Source: Desulfuromonadaceae bacterium (GTDB lineage Bacteria; Desulfobacterota; Desulfuromonadia; Geobacterales; Pseudopelobacteraceae). Taken from it: a DNA stretch of 64,000 nt. The stretch covers positions 3,483 through 67,482 of the forward strand of contig DASXUK010000070.1 in NCBI GenBank assembly GCA_036504875.1. The letters run 5' to 3'. The first letter of the stretch is position 1. Each line of letters begins with the position of its first letter. The notes under the pieces are model-generated. The model was not told the DNA's origin. It saw only the letters and a program-made list of their open reading frames with translations, and made no database searches. Of this stretch, positions 44,701 to 52,406 are shown in pieces. Both the position numbers and the translations under genes were made by a program.

Positions 44701-44847
44701 GGTTACCACCGAGACCAGCGGAAATTCAACATTGGGGAACATCTCGACCGACAGGCGGCGATAGGAGAAGATTCCGAGCACTACGAGCGCCAGGATCATG
44801 ACCGTGGCAAAGATAGGGCGTTTGATGGAGGTATTGGAGAGGATCAT
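41740..44847 (-). CDS. RND efflux transporter permease (AcrB/HAE1-like, 12 TM)
   Basis: 1035 aa. N-terminus IKRPIFATVMILALVVLG...FPNVEFPLVSV and two large periplasmic loops. Confidence 0.93.
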   Translation of the reverse strand: MILSNTSIKRPIFATVMILALVVLGIFSYRRLSVEMFPNVEFPLVSVVTTFPGASPETVEREVSKRIEDSVNQIAGVKHVFSTSREGVSTVMVQFQLEQKVNDAAQEVRAKIGSIRGILPQGIEEPIIQKLDFNAAPVAALAVRSASLSPRDLTTLVEKRIKKRFESVAGVGKVDMVGGLKREVRVEVDPVRLDALSMGVNDVVAGIRSENTNTPLGRLTKGSAEYPMRVEGKPLRADQYRQMIVAQRNGRPIPLAEVALVSDGTEEKRKLALVNGQPAIGLDVYRQSGGNEVELVDNVRKTMLRLQKELPAGVSLDLVRDGTIMTRESLADVKDTLIIGGILTILIVFCFINSWRSTVITGVTLPISVISAFIIMNALGMSLNVMTLMALSLAIGLLIDDAIVVRENIVRHLEQGKDHMEAARFGTSEIGLAVFATSMSIVAVFIPVAYMRGIVGRFFFQFGISVAFAVLVSLFVSFTLDPMLSSRWHDPSIHLQGQRKGLARWLERFNTWFDVTANKYRRVIGWALNHRKIVMALAVAAFVTGIAIFTTLESSFMALYDKGEFQVSFKSAPDASLVETEDRLRAILAVIKDIPEIDHTYATIGAGDNSTVRDGLLYLKLRERQERSRNQFELQRVVRDRMRSIAGITFSIEEVGQIGGAQKPLNVNLKGDDLATLKVLGQRLKDELYKVPGVVDLSVTLEHDIPEYHLKVDREKALSAGVTSNDIVGSLGRLVGGEAISTYEDEDGDAVDVRVRLPEELRQNPAQIGNLKISVADGNGGVKLVPLSSLTAVRVASSPTEINRRDLARQVTVSANLDNLPIGTAAKHVEAAAKRIQMPPGYRIDLSGEAEDMAESFGYMGESLLLAVIFVFLILAAQFESFFEPFAIMLSLPLSIVGMAGMLKLTGDTVNIMSLIGLIMLMGLVTKNAILLVDYAKVLQRRDGLERSEAVILAGRTRLRPIIMTTLAMIFGMLPLFLGIGAGAEMRAPMARAVVGGLLTSTVLTLLVVPVMYTLMDDLGLWLKRKWRGKRLDKA

Positions 44848-44894
44848 GCCTTAAACCTATTTTTTGCTTGGTAAAGTGGGAGCACGAAAGCCAT

Positions 44895-45248
44895 TTACAA
44901 CCGGTTCCTGATCAGCTCTTTCAGCTCCTCGATCGAGGCGCAGGCATTGATCTCTTTGGCGGTGACCCAAGGGACAAGTCTTCCCGCCTCCTTGCGGAAA
45001 ACAGCCGGAAGCGCAATCTCGGTCACTTCGTACTGTCTGGCCAGCTCGTCGCGGTGCAGGAATTCGAGATCGCAATCCAGCGTTTCAAGAAAATCCTTCC
45101 ACTCCGTGCGAATCCCGAAATTGCCGTAGGTAATGGCGCACAGGTTGCATTCATAGGTCTGTGGTGAAAATAGCTTATGGGCAATGTCAGTCAGGGTATT
45201 GAAGAGGCCGCTGTCGGCATTATAAACGAAAACCAGCTCCGGTTTCAT
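44895..45248 (-). CDS. small uncharacterised protein with a CNLC (CxxC) motif
   Basis: 117 aa, no signal peptide. LVFVYNADSG...YECNLCAITYG suggests a thioredoxin-like fold (inference). Lies 47 bp upstream of the RND gene. Confidence 0.55.
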   Translation of the reverse strand: MKPELVFVYNADSGLFNTLTDIAHKLFSPQTYECNLCAITYGNFGIRTEWKDFLETLDCDLEFLHRDELARQYEVTEIALPAVFRKEAGRLVPWVTAKEINACASIEELKELIRNRL

Positions 45249-45327
45249 GTGTACCTCCTGCTATGAACCACGTAAGTTACTCGCGCTAATAAAGGAACAC
45301 CAAGAGTTCTTTTGGAGTTAGCGGACG

Positions 45328-45765
45328 CTAGCGTTTGATGATCAGGGCCGCTCCGGCCGCCAACAGGAGAATCCCCAGCAAGCGCAAGGGGGAGAGGGGG
45401 ATCTGGCGCAGACCAAAAGCGCCAAAATGATCCAGAACAGTCGCCATTGCCAATTGACCGGCAATAATGGCGGCCATGACCGCCACAGTCCCCAGTCGGG
45501 GAATTACGATAATCGTCAGGGTTACAAAAAAGGCCCCCAAAAAACCGCCGGTCAATTCCCACCAGTTGGCGCTGGTGATCGCCCTCAGATTGCCTTTTCC
45601 GCTCACCAGCACCATGAGCAGCAAGGCCAGCGTACCGACTGCAAAGGAGATGAAAGAGCTCTCGTAGACCCCCACCCGCTGTGCCAGGCGCGCATTGATA
45701 GAGGGTTGTATTGCCACAGCAACACCGCCGGCGACCATGATCAAAAAGATTACAATATTGTTCAT
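45328..45765 (-). CDS. DMT-superfamily membrane protein, YdcZ/DUF606-like
   Basis: 145 aa with 4-5 TM helices. VAIQPSINARLAQ motif typical of DUF606. Confidence 0.65.
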   Translation of the reverse strand: MNNIVIFLIMVAGGVAVAIQPSINARLAQRVGVYESSFISFAVGTLALLLMVLVSGKGNLRAITSANWWELTGGFLGAFFVTLTIIVIPRLGTVAVMAAIIAGQLAMATVLDHFGAFGLRQIPLSPLRLLGILLLAAGAALIIKR

Positions 45766-45774
45766 TGTGCCCCC

Positions 45775-47493
45775 TTATACCGGAGCGTTAACCAGCCCGG
45801 CCGCCGCTTCATCACCGAAGCCGCCAAACTGCTCCTGGATTACCTCGGCCCGGTGCAGGGCCGAGCGGATATTGGGCAGAATATTCCTGGCTCCGATCAA
45901 ACGTGGCAAGTTGGAGGTGTAGACCAGCCTCTTGGGCTGGCCGCGGACCCCGCATAGAATCAGCGTGCGGCCGGATTCATGCAGTTTTTCGTGGAACTGC
46001 TCAATCGCGTAGAGACCAGTGGCGTCAATGGCGGTCATGTAACGCAGCCGCAGGATAATGATTGGTTGAAGCTGGTCAACAGAATAGGCCAGTTTAGTGA
46101 GTTTTTCAGCTGCACCGAACAGAAACGGCCCCTGCACATGGAACATGCTTACATAAAGCGGGATGTTATGATCCTGAACAATGTGGGCCTTGGCTTGATC
46201 TATTTCCTCTGTGGTAAGCGGAGCAACAACAGTTGTCCGCGAAACCTGGTAGATGTACAGGAGCGCCGCCAGGATCATCCCCACCTCAACGGCAATGGTC
46301 AGATCGGCCACCACTGTCAACACAAACGTGATCAGCCAGACCGAGATCTCTTTCCGGTTAAGGCGCAGGATCATCGGGATCTCGCGCCACTCGCCCATGT
46401 TATAGGCCACTACGAACAATACTGCCGCCAGTGTGCCGAGCGGGATGAAGCGCGCCAGCGGTGCGGCAAACAGGATAATGCAGAGCAGCGTCAGAGCGTG
46501 AATCATGCCGGAGATGGGCGAGCGTGCCCCGGCGCGGATGTTGGTGGCGGTACGGGCAATGGCGCCGGTTACCGGGATGCCGCCGAACAATGGTACGGTC
46601 AGATTAGCAACTCCCTGGGCCACCAGTTCCACATTGGAGTTATGTCGATCGCCGCTCATCGAATCGGCCACCACTGCCGACAACAGACTCTCGATAGCAG
46701 CCAGCAGCGCAACGGTAAGGGCTGCTGGCAACAGCGGCAGGATCAGCTCGGGTCGAAATTCGGGAAACTGCAGGGAGGGCAGGCCGGTCGGTATGCCGCC
46801 GAATTTGCTACCAATGGTTTCTACCGGTATGCCCAAAAGCCCCACACAGGCCGTGGCCCCCAACAGGGCAATGATCGAGCCTGGCACGCGCTTGGTGAGG
46901 CGCGGGACAAACAGAATCACTGCCAGTGATACCAAGGCCAGTACAACAGTCAGCAGGTCGGTTGAAGTCAAGTTCCTGAAGATAAAACCCATCCGTGCCA
47001 GAAATTCGCTTGGGACGGAACCAGCCACACGCAGTCCCAGAAAGTCCTTGAACTGAGTGGAGGCGATCAAGACAGCGATACCGTTGGTAAAGCCTATAAT
47101 AACTGGTCGGGGTATGAATTTAACGGCATTACCCAGGCCGGTCAGGCCGAGGAAGATCAGGATTACCCCCGCCATCATCGTGACCGTCAAAAGCCCAGAA
47201 AGGCCATGCTTGGCAATAATGGCGGCCACCACTACGACAAATGCGCCGGTAGGACCGCCGATCTGGGTTTTGGAACCGCCCAGGGCCGAGATAATAAAAC
47301 CGGCGATGATTGCTGTATAAATACCGGCCTGGGGGGTGACCCCGGAAGAAATTCCAAAGGCCATGGCCAAGGGCAGGGCCACCAACCCTACTGTGATACC
47401 GCTGGTTAAATCGGCTACCAAATCAGAGCGGCGATAACCTTTAAGCATCTCGATTGATTTTGGTCTCCACTGTGAAATAAAATTCTGCTTCAT
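45775..47493 (-). CDS. SulP-family anion permease with C-terminal STAS domain
   Basis: 572 aa. ITVGLVALPLAMAFGISSGV SulP signature, and a STAS region (ILRLRYMTAIDATG). Confidence 0.9.
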   Translation of the reverse strand: MKQNFISQWRPKSIEMLKGYRRSDLVADLTSGITVGLVALPLAMAFGISSGVTPQAGIYTAIIAGFIISALGGSKTQIGGPTGAFVVVVAAIIAKHGLSGLLTVTMMAGVILIFLGLTGLGNAVKFIPRPVIIGFTNGIAVLIASTQFKDFLGLRVAGSVPSEFLARMGFIFRNLTSTDLLTVVLALVSLAVILFVPRLTKRVPGSIIALLGATACVGLLGIPVETIGSKFGGIPTGLPSLQFPEFRPELILPLLPAALTVALLAAIESLLSAVVADSMSGDRHNSNVELVAQGVANLTVPLFGGIPVTGAIARTATNIRAGARSPISGMIHALTLLCIILFAAPLARFIPLGTLAAVLFVVAYNMGEWREIPMILRLNRKEISVWLITFVLTVVADLTIAVEVGMILAALLYIYQVSRTTVVAPLTTEEIDQAKAHIVQDHNIPLYVSMFHVQGPFLFGAAEKLTKLAYSVDQLQPIIILRLRYMTAIDATGLYAIEQFHEKLHESGRTLILCGVRGQPKRLVYTSNLPRLIGARNILPNIRSALHRAEVIQEQFGGFGDEAAAGLVNAPV

Positions 47494-47525
47494 GACTGAT
47501 TTTTTCCTTTGATCAAAGCTGTCTT

Positions 47526-49160
47526 CTATTTTTTTAGCTCAATCCTTAAACCGGTCTCGGTGGTGATTACCTTATGAGCAGGTAGTTCCGGCAGAGAGGA
47601 ATCCAGAACTATACGCAAATAGGTGGGACCATTACCAATACGGGCCTTTTCTATTCCGCCATTGCCGATCGCAATTGTCTTTCTGGCCAGAGCGGAGCTG
47701 GCCAGGGGGATGTCGATAGCCAGGCGGGTTGGTTCGGTAAGTTTTATTAATTTGAATTTAACGATCGGTCCGCCAGCCATGATATCGATAAAATCAGCAC
47801 CGCCGACAATATCGGTGATAATCGGCTTGGATGAAGCCTTGGTGGCCTTGACCGACCGGGTTTGGGCAGCTTTTGGTTCTATTGCTACGGCTGCGGTTGA
47901 TTGTTCAGCGGCAGGTGGTGCAACCGTAGTAGACACGGCAGTGGTGAAATCTATGCGCAGGTTATTATCCGCGGTTGTCACGCTGTACGGCGGAAAAACT
48001 GCTGCCCGCAATGAATCCAGAACCACCCTGAGTGTTCCAGAAGATGTTCCGATACGAGCCTTGGAAATGCCGTGGCGGCCAATGGCAACCGACTTGGTTG
48101 CGATCCCGGATTGTGCACCGGGGATATCGATGGCAATCCTGGCCGGTTTATCAAGTTTTATGATCTTGTAGTTCAAAACCGGCTCCGTAGACTGGATCTC
48201 GATGAAGCCGGCACCGACCGCTATTTTCCTGACAATGCTCTTATTCACCGAAGCTACCGATTTTCTTGTTTCTTTAGCAATCATTGGAGCCGGCTCGGCG
48301 CTAATTAACTTTTCCGGTGCTGCAGCCATAGTAACAGCCGGTTCGACTGCTTGTGGAATGGCTGACTCGGGTGCCGTCTTTAGCACTTCGGCCTCCGCTT
48401 TGACCGGCACATTCGCGGTTTCATCATTAACCGGTTTGGCGATAACCTGATTTTTTATTTCAAGGGGGGCAGGCGAGGCTGGTTCAGCTGACACCAAAGC
48501 AACGGGGGGTGCTTGCTTTTTGTTCCTCTCCGGCTGAGCCGCAGCAACCGGTTGAACCGGAGGAATAGGTACTGCCGCGGCAGCTATTGCGCTATCGAGT
48601 TTGAGGTTTAACTCCAGTTTTCCCTTGTTAAACTCGTACTGCAGGGTACGCATGCTGCCGCTGGGCCGGTTCTCCGGGTCATTTTCAAGGTAAACCGGAA
48701 AAGAGCGGGCTATACTGCGGCCTTGCAGACGGAAAGCATCATGCCCCTGATAGCCGATACCTTCCTCATGTTCCTGCATGGCGGCTCGCCGTATAATATT
48801 TCCGTCCAGCCAGTAAACATCGAAAGTGCCACGACCGCCGCTTTTTACGCTCCTGCTGGCCACAGCCAGTTCCGGCTTACCGTCCTTGTTAAGGTCAACG
48901 ATCCAGGCCGTCTCGACCAGGTAATCCACATCGGTTTTAAAATGGGCGATCGGCTTGGCGCCTCTGCGTATAACTACCTCCACAATTTGAACTGCACATC
49001 CATCAGCAGGTCGACTGGAGATATCGAAAATATAACTTCCTTGCTGCAGGGTTTTCTTGTAAGCACAATCTTTAACAGCCGCTGATGCCGGTACCGCTGC
49101 CATAAGGAGTATCCAGCCAGCGACCAGAAACAAAGCCCTCATCATAATTGATTGCTTCAT
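47526..49160 (-). CDS. exported protein: N-terminal beta-domain with a DxNxDGxxE motif, Pro/Ala linker, two AMIN domains
   Basis: 544 aa with a signal peptide (AVPASA). Internal repeat: residues ~309-405 (VGAGFIEIQS...ARIAIDIPGA...RVVLD) versus ~446-543 (VGGADFIDIM...TRLAIDIPLA...RIVLD), at nt 47946-48236 and 47532-47825. Confidence 0.7.
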   Translation of the reverse strand: MKQSIMMRALFLVAGWILLMAAVPASAAVKDCAYKKTLQQGSYIFDISSRPADGCAVQIVEVVIRRGAKPIAHFKTDVDYLVETAWIVDLNKDGKPELAVASRSVKSGGRGTFDVYWLDGNIIRRAAMQEHEEGIGYQGHDAFRLQGRSIARSFPVYLENDPENRPSGSMRTLQYEFNKGKLELNLKLDSAIAAAAVPIPPVQPVAAAQPERNKKQAPPVALVSAEPASPAPLEIKNQVIAKPVNDETANVPVKAEAEVLKTAPESAIPQAVEPAVTMAAAPEKLISAEPAPMIAKETRKSVASVNKSIVRKIAVGAGFIEIQSTEPVLNYKIIKLDKPARIAIDIPGAQSGIATKSVAIGRHGISKARIGTSSGTLRVVLDSLRAAVFPPYSVTTADNNLRIDFTTAVSTTVAPPAAEQSTAAVAIEPKAAQTRSVKATKASSKPIITDIVGGADFIDIMAGGPIVKFKLIKLTEPTRLAIDIPLASSALARKTIAIGNGGIEKARIGNGPTYLRIVLDSSLPELPAHKVITTETGLRIELKK

Positions 49161-49235
49161 GTTATATCCTCCTTTTGCATATTAAAGATTATTGAATTCA
49201 GCACGTGGATGGAGGGATCCTCACCCTAAAAGTAA

Positions 49236-50576
49236 TTAGGTGGCCAAGAGCGGGGCCGTTGTTCTCCGTGTCCGGCGGGTTCCAGGCTGTATGTCCAGAA
49301 TACTGGTAACATTCCCGAATTGCTGCAGCTCTCCCTCTTCAAACAGCCTTATAACGCCGTATTTCCCATCATAGCCGGGTTGCCTAATCACCTGGCCGCT
49401 ACGCATGCGACTGATCGCTTCTCCCAGGAGGGGTGCCTGACGACCGATCTCTTCCAGGGGGGTTTTCAGCAGCAGGTCAAATTCCGACCCAAAGCACTCG
49501 ATAACGCGGGTGTAGGACTCCGTGACCGTTTTGGAGGCCGGACCGACACCGGCAATCTCTCCCAATACTTCGCACAGCGGGATCAGGCTGAAAACCTGGG
49601 GCGCGTCCTGTCCATAAAATGGCCGCTGCCGATCGGCCAGCTCCATCACGCGATGGTGGACACCTATCGTGAGCGGTTTTGAGCAGACCGGACAAAAGAG
49701 CTCCAACTCCCGGCTTTGGACCGGATCAAGGCAGATTCCGCAGGTACGATGACCATCAAAATGGTACTTGCCCTCTTCAGGAAAAAATTCGACTGTGCCG
49801 CGAAAGGTATCGCGCCGATTGTCCCTGATGGCATCCCTAAGGGCAAAGAAACTGAGCTCGGTCGAGAAAAGATTGGCCTCACGCCCCAGCTTGGAAGGAG
49901 AATGGCAATCGGAATTAGAGATCAGGGCAAAGCGATCCAGGGCTGAGATCAAGCGGTTCATATCCGGGTCAGAGGATAAGCCGGTCTCAAGGGCAAAGAT
50001 ATGCTCGGTGAGATCGCCAAAGCATTCCTCGATCTCGTCAAAACCGGAGCGTGAGCCAAACAGGGAAAACCAGGGGGTCCAGATATGAGCTGGGACCAGA
50101 AAGCCTTGTGGCGCCTCTTCAAGTAGAATCTCCAACAGATTGCGGCTATCCAGCCCCAAGATCGGTCGCCCGTCCGAGACAATGTTGCCGATCAGTGCCA
50201 ACCGGGAATTGACTCGTTCAGCAGAATCAAGGTCCGGCACATACAGCAGATTATGGACCTTTCTCACTTTGCCGTGGCGTTTGTAGATGCAGCTGATCTC
50301 AGCCGATAGCAGAAAACGGACCGGAGCAGCAGTCGTTAGCATGCCGGCTAGTGGCGGAAAGATGGCTGCTTCATTTTTTAATCGGAAAAGACCCGGCTCG
50401 GCAGGCTCCAGCTGTTCCTTCAGCTGTCGAAACCAGCCGGGATGGGTGAAATCCCCACTGGCAATCACACCGATACCCTTGACACGCGCCCAGCTAGCCA
50501 GGCCAATCAGGGTACTGGTCGGACTGGTGGCTCGCGAATAGGGGGAATGAATATGCAGGTCGGCTATATATTCCAT
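49236..50576 (-). CDS. PHP-domain nuclease of the endonuclease Q (TIGR00375-like) family
   Basis: 446 aa. ADLHIHSPYSRATS PHP metal motif at the N-terminus, further His/Asp motifs (AHIWTPWFS, NSDCHS) and a four-Cys zinc finger CGIC...CPVC followed by GVHHRV. Confidence 0.6.
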   Translation of the reverse strand: MEYIADLHIHSPYSRATSPTSTLIGLASWARVKGIGVIASGDFTHPGWFRQLKEQLEPAEPGLFRLKNEAAIFPPLAGMLTTAAPVRFLLSAEISCIYKRHGKVRKVHNLLYVPDLDSAERVNSRLALIGNIVSDGRPILGLDSRNLLEILLEEAPQGFLVPAHIWTPWFSLFGSRSGFDEIEECFGDLTEHIFALETGLSSDPDMNRLISALDRFALISNSDCHSPSKLGREANLFSTELSFFALRDAIRDNRRDTFRGTVEFFPEEGKYHFDGHRTCGICLDPVQSRELELFCPVCSKPLTIGVHHRVMELADRQRPFYGQDAPQVFSLIPLCEVLGEIAGVGPASKTVTESYTRVIECFGSEFDLLLKTPLEEIGRQAPLLGEAISRMRSGQVIRQPGYDGKYGVIRLFEEGELQQFGNVTSILDIQPGTRRTRRTTAPLLAT

Positions 50577-50662
50577 TTAAGTCCAATTAACCTGTAACTA
50601 TCGATTACCATGAGATTCATTCAAAAAGCCGCCACACAAATAACTGCTTTGCAGAGCAGTTG

Positions 50663-51805
50663 TTATTTCTTAGCTGCCACAGCCACGTGATCATTGTCTT
50701 TAAGGTTGAAACCGCCGCGGATAACATATTGCTCGCCATTTTTAAGTCCTGAGGATATCTCGACCATCTCGCCGCTAACGACTCCGGATGTGACCTCACG
50801 CCGTCGTGCCAGCCCTTGTTCAATCACGAACAGGTAACCTTTCCCGCTCGCAGCATCAAGCCCGTTAATCGAGCTGCGCGGGACCTGCAGCACATTGCTG
50901 CGTCTGCCGGTCAGTATACGTCCCTTGGCAAACAAGCCCCCCTTCAGAACCTCAGGCACGTTGCGATATTCAGCGATTATCTTCAGGGAACGGTCGGCTT
51001 GATTGAGCTCAGGATTAACAAACATCACCTTTCCGGTGAAGAGCTTGCCCGGGATGGAGTCAACGCTGAACTCTACAGGTTGTCCTGTCCTGACCTTTGC
51101 AGAATCAACCGAGGACACGCTAACGGTCAGGTTTAGCAGGCGGTTGTCAACGATGCGGAAGATTGGTTTGGCAGCAGCAGCGTCGCTGGCCAGATCGCCG
51201 ACATTAACATTCCGCAGCGCCACAACCCCGTCAATTGGGGCTACTACAAGCCCTTTTGCCGAGCGAGCTTTTGTTTGACGAACCTCTTCCTCGGCAACAC
51301 CAATCTGCGCTCGGGATGATTCTATTCGGGCCTTGGCCGCTTCCTGTTCGCTACGTCCATCATCCACCGCCTGCTGAGTTGCCAGGCCGGATTCCTTGAG
51401 TTTGAGCAAGCGGGACATTTCCCGCTCAGCCCGGTTGGCTGCCACCTGAGCCTGGGCCAGGCCGGCCCGGGCCGACTCCACTCCGGCCAGAGCCCTACGG
51501 GCCAAGGCCTCGGTTTCGGCCATATCGATGCGGGCCAAAGGCTGCCCCTTTTTTACTCGCACCCACTCGGTCACAAAGACCTGCTTGAGCAAACCGGGTA
51601 TTTGCGTCTTGATGTCCACCGAGAATTTTGGCTCCAGACTGCCGGTAACATCGATTACATCCAACAGTGCAGAGCTGGTGGATGTTGCCGTCTCTACTGC
51701 AACAAGTGGTTTTTCTGACTGTTGTTCCTTATGCTGGGTTCCGTTACAGGCGCTTACATTGGCGGCAATGATCACGACCAGGATTATTTTTTTCAGACGG
51801 CTCAT
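50663..51805 (-). CDS. efflux periplasmic adaptor (MFP/HlyD family) lipoprotein
   Basis: 380 aa. Lipobox VSAC, coiled-coil hairpin and beta-barrel segments typical of RND adaptors. Confidence 0.88.
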   Translation of the reverse strand: MSRLKKIILVVIIAANVSACNGTQHKEQQSEKPLVAVETATSTSSALLDVIDVTGSLEPKFSVDIKTQIPGLLKQVFVTEWVRVKKGQPLARIDMAETEALARRALAGVESARAGLAQAQVAANRAEREMSRLLKLKESGLATQQAVDDGRSEQEAAKARIESSRAQIGVAEEEVRQTKARSAKGLVVAPIDGVVALRNVNVGDLASDAAAAKPIFRIVDNRLLNLTVSVSSVDSAKVRTGQPVEFSVDSIPGKLFTGKVMFVNPELNQADRSLKIIAEYRNVPEVLKGGLFAKGRILTGRRSNVLQVPRSSINGLDAASGKGYLFVIEQGLARRREVTSGVVSGEMVEISSGLKNGEQYVIRGGFNLKDNDHVAVAAKK

Positions 51806-52322
51806 GTTCTCCTCTTAGAAATTCCTGCCTGCTTTTTCCTGGCGGTCATAGATCAGTCACCAATTCCGAAGCAAGGCGCTGAGCAAGTTTGCTCGTGTTT
51901 TGCACCTTAATGGCGGCCAAAAAGTAATTATGCCCCGCTTGACTTATTCTTTATCCAATTGGGTAAGTCGACCAATTCTCCTACTTTTCTCGGATTTAAA
52001 GCTTCTGTCAACCTTTTTTAACCATTCATTTGGAAACTCCGTTTCGTGCTGCCGATGAAAATAGTGTTGCGGAGGCATATATCGGTAAATGATAAAAGGT
52101 GTTTATTTAATGGGTGCCAAAAGCGCCCAAAAGAGAAGTCTGCAGCATAAGTCGTCATTGCCGATCAGCAGAATAACTCTGGTGCTTTGGCTCTCTAGGT
52201 ACATTTTTGTAAGCGGATTTAAAGATCTAGAAAGGCGCTCGGGGCTACTCATGGAGGAGACTTTTTTAAATCAGCGAGAATAAGACCGGCAGGGAATCAA
52301 TCTCTTGCTTCTGATAAACAAC

Positions 52323-52387
52323 AAACCCCGCCTGGGAAGCGGGGTTTGTTAATCGGACTGAAGCCCCTGGAAGATAACCAGGGGGCT
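52323..52387 (-). terminator. two tandem hairpins downstream of the 7-heme cytochrome gene
   Basis: AGCCCCTGG-aagataa-CCAGGGGGCT (52362-52387) and AAACCCCGC-ctgggaa-GCGGGGTTT (52323-52347). On the minus strand the second is followed by GTTGTTTAT. Confidence 0.6.
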
Positions 52388-52406
52388 TTTATAACTTTAA
52401 AAATAT

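Noticed and set aside
45245-45562. 105-aa minus-strand ORF
   Set aside because: It overlaps the DUF606 membrane protein gene in another frame. The translation is Gly/Arg/Pro-rich with no features.
52089-52283. 64-aa ORF, and a ~44-codon minus-strand ORF, in the 600-bp gap upstream of the adaptor gene
   Set aside because: No RBS, no motifs, and atypical composition. The gap looks non-coding (promoter or leader, or decayed sequence), and I could not recognise a pseudogene in any frame.
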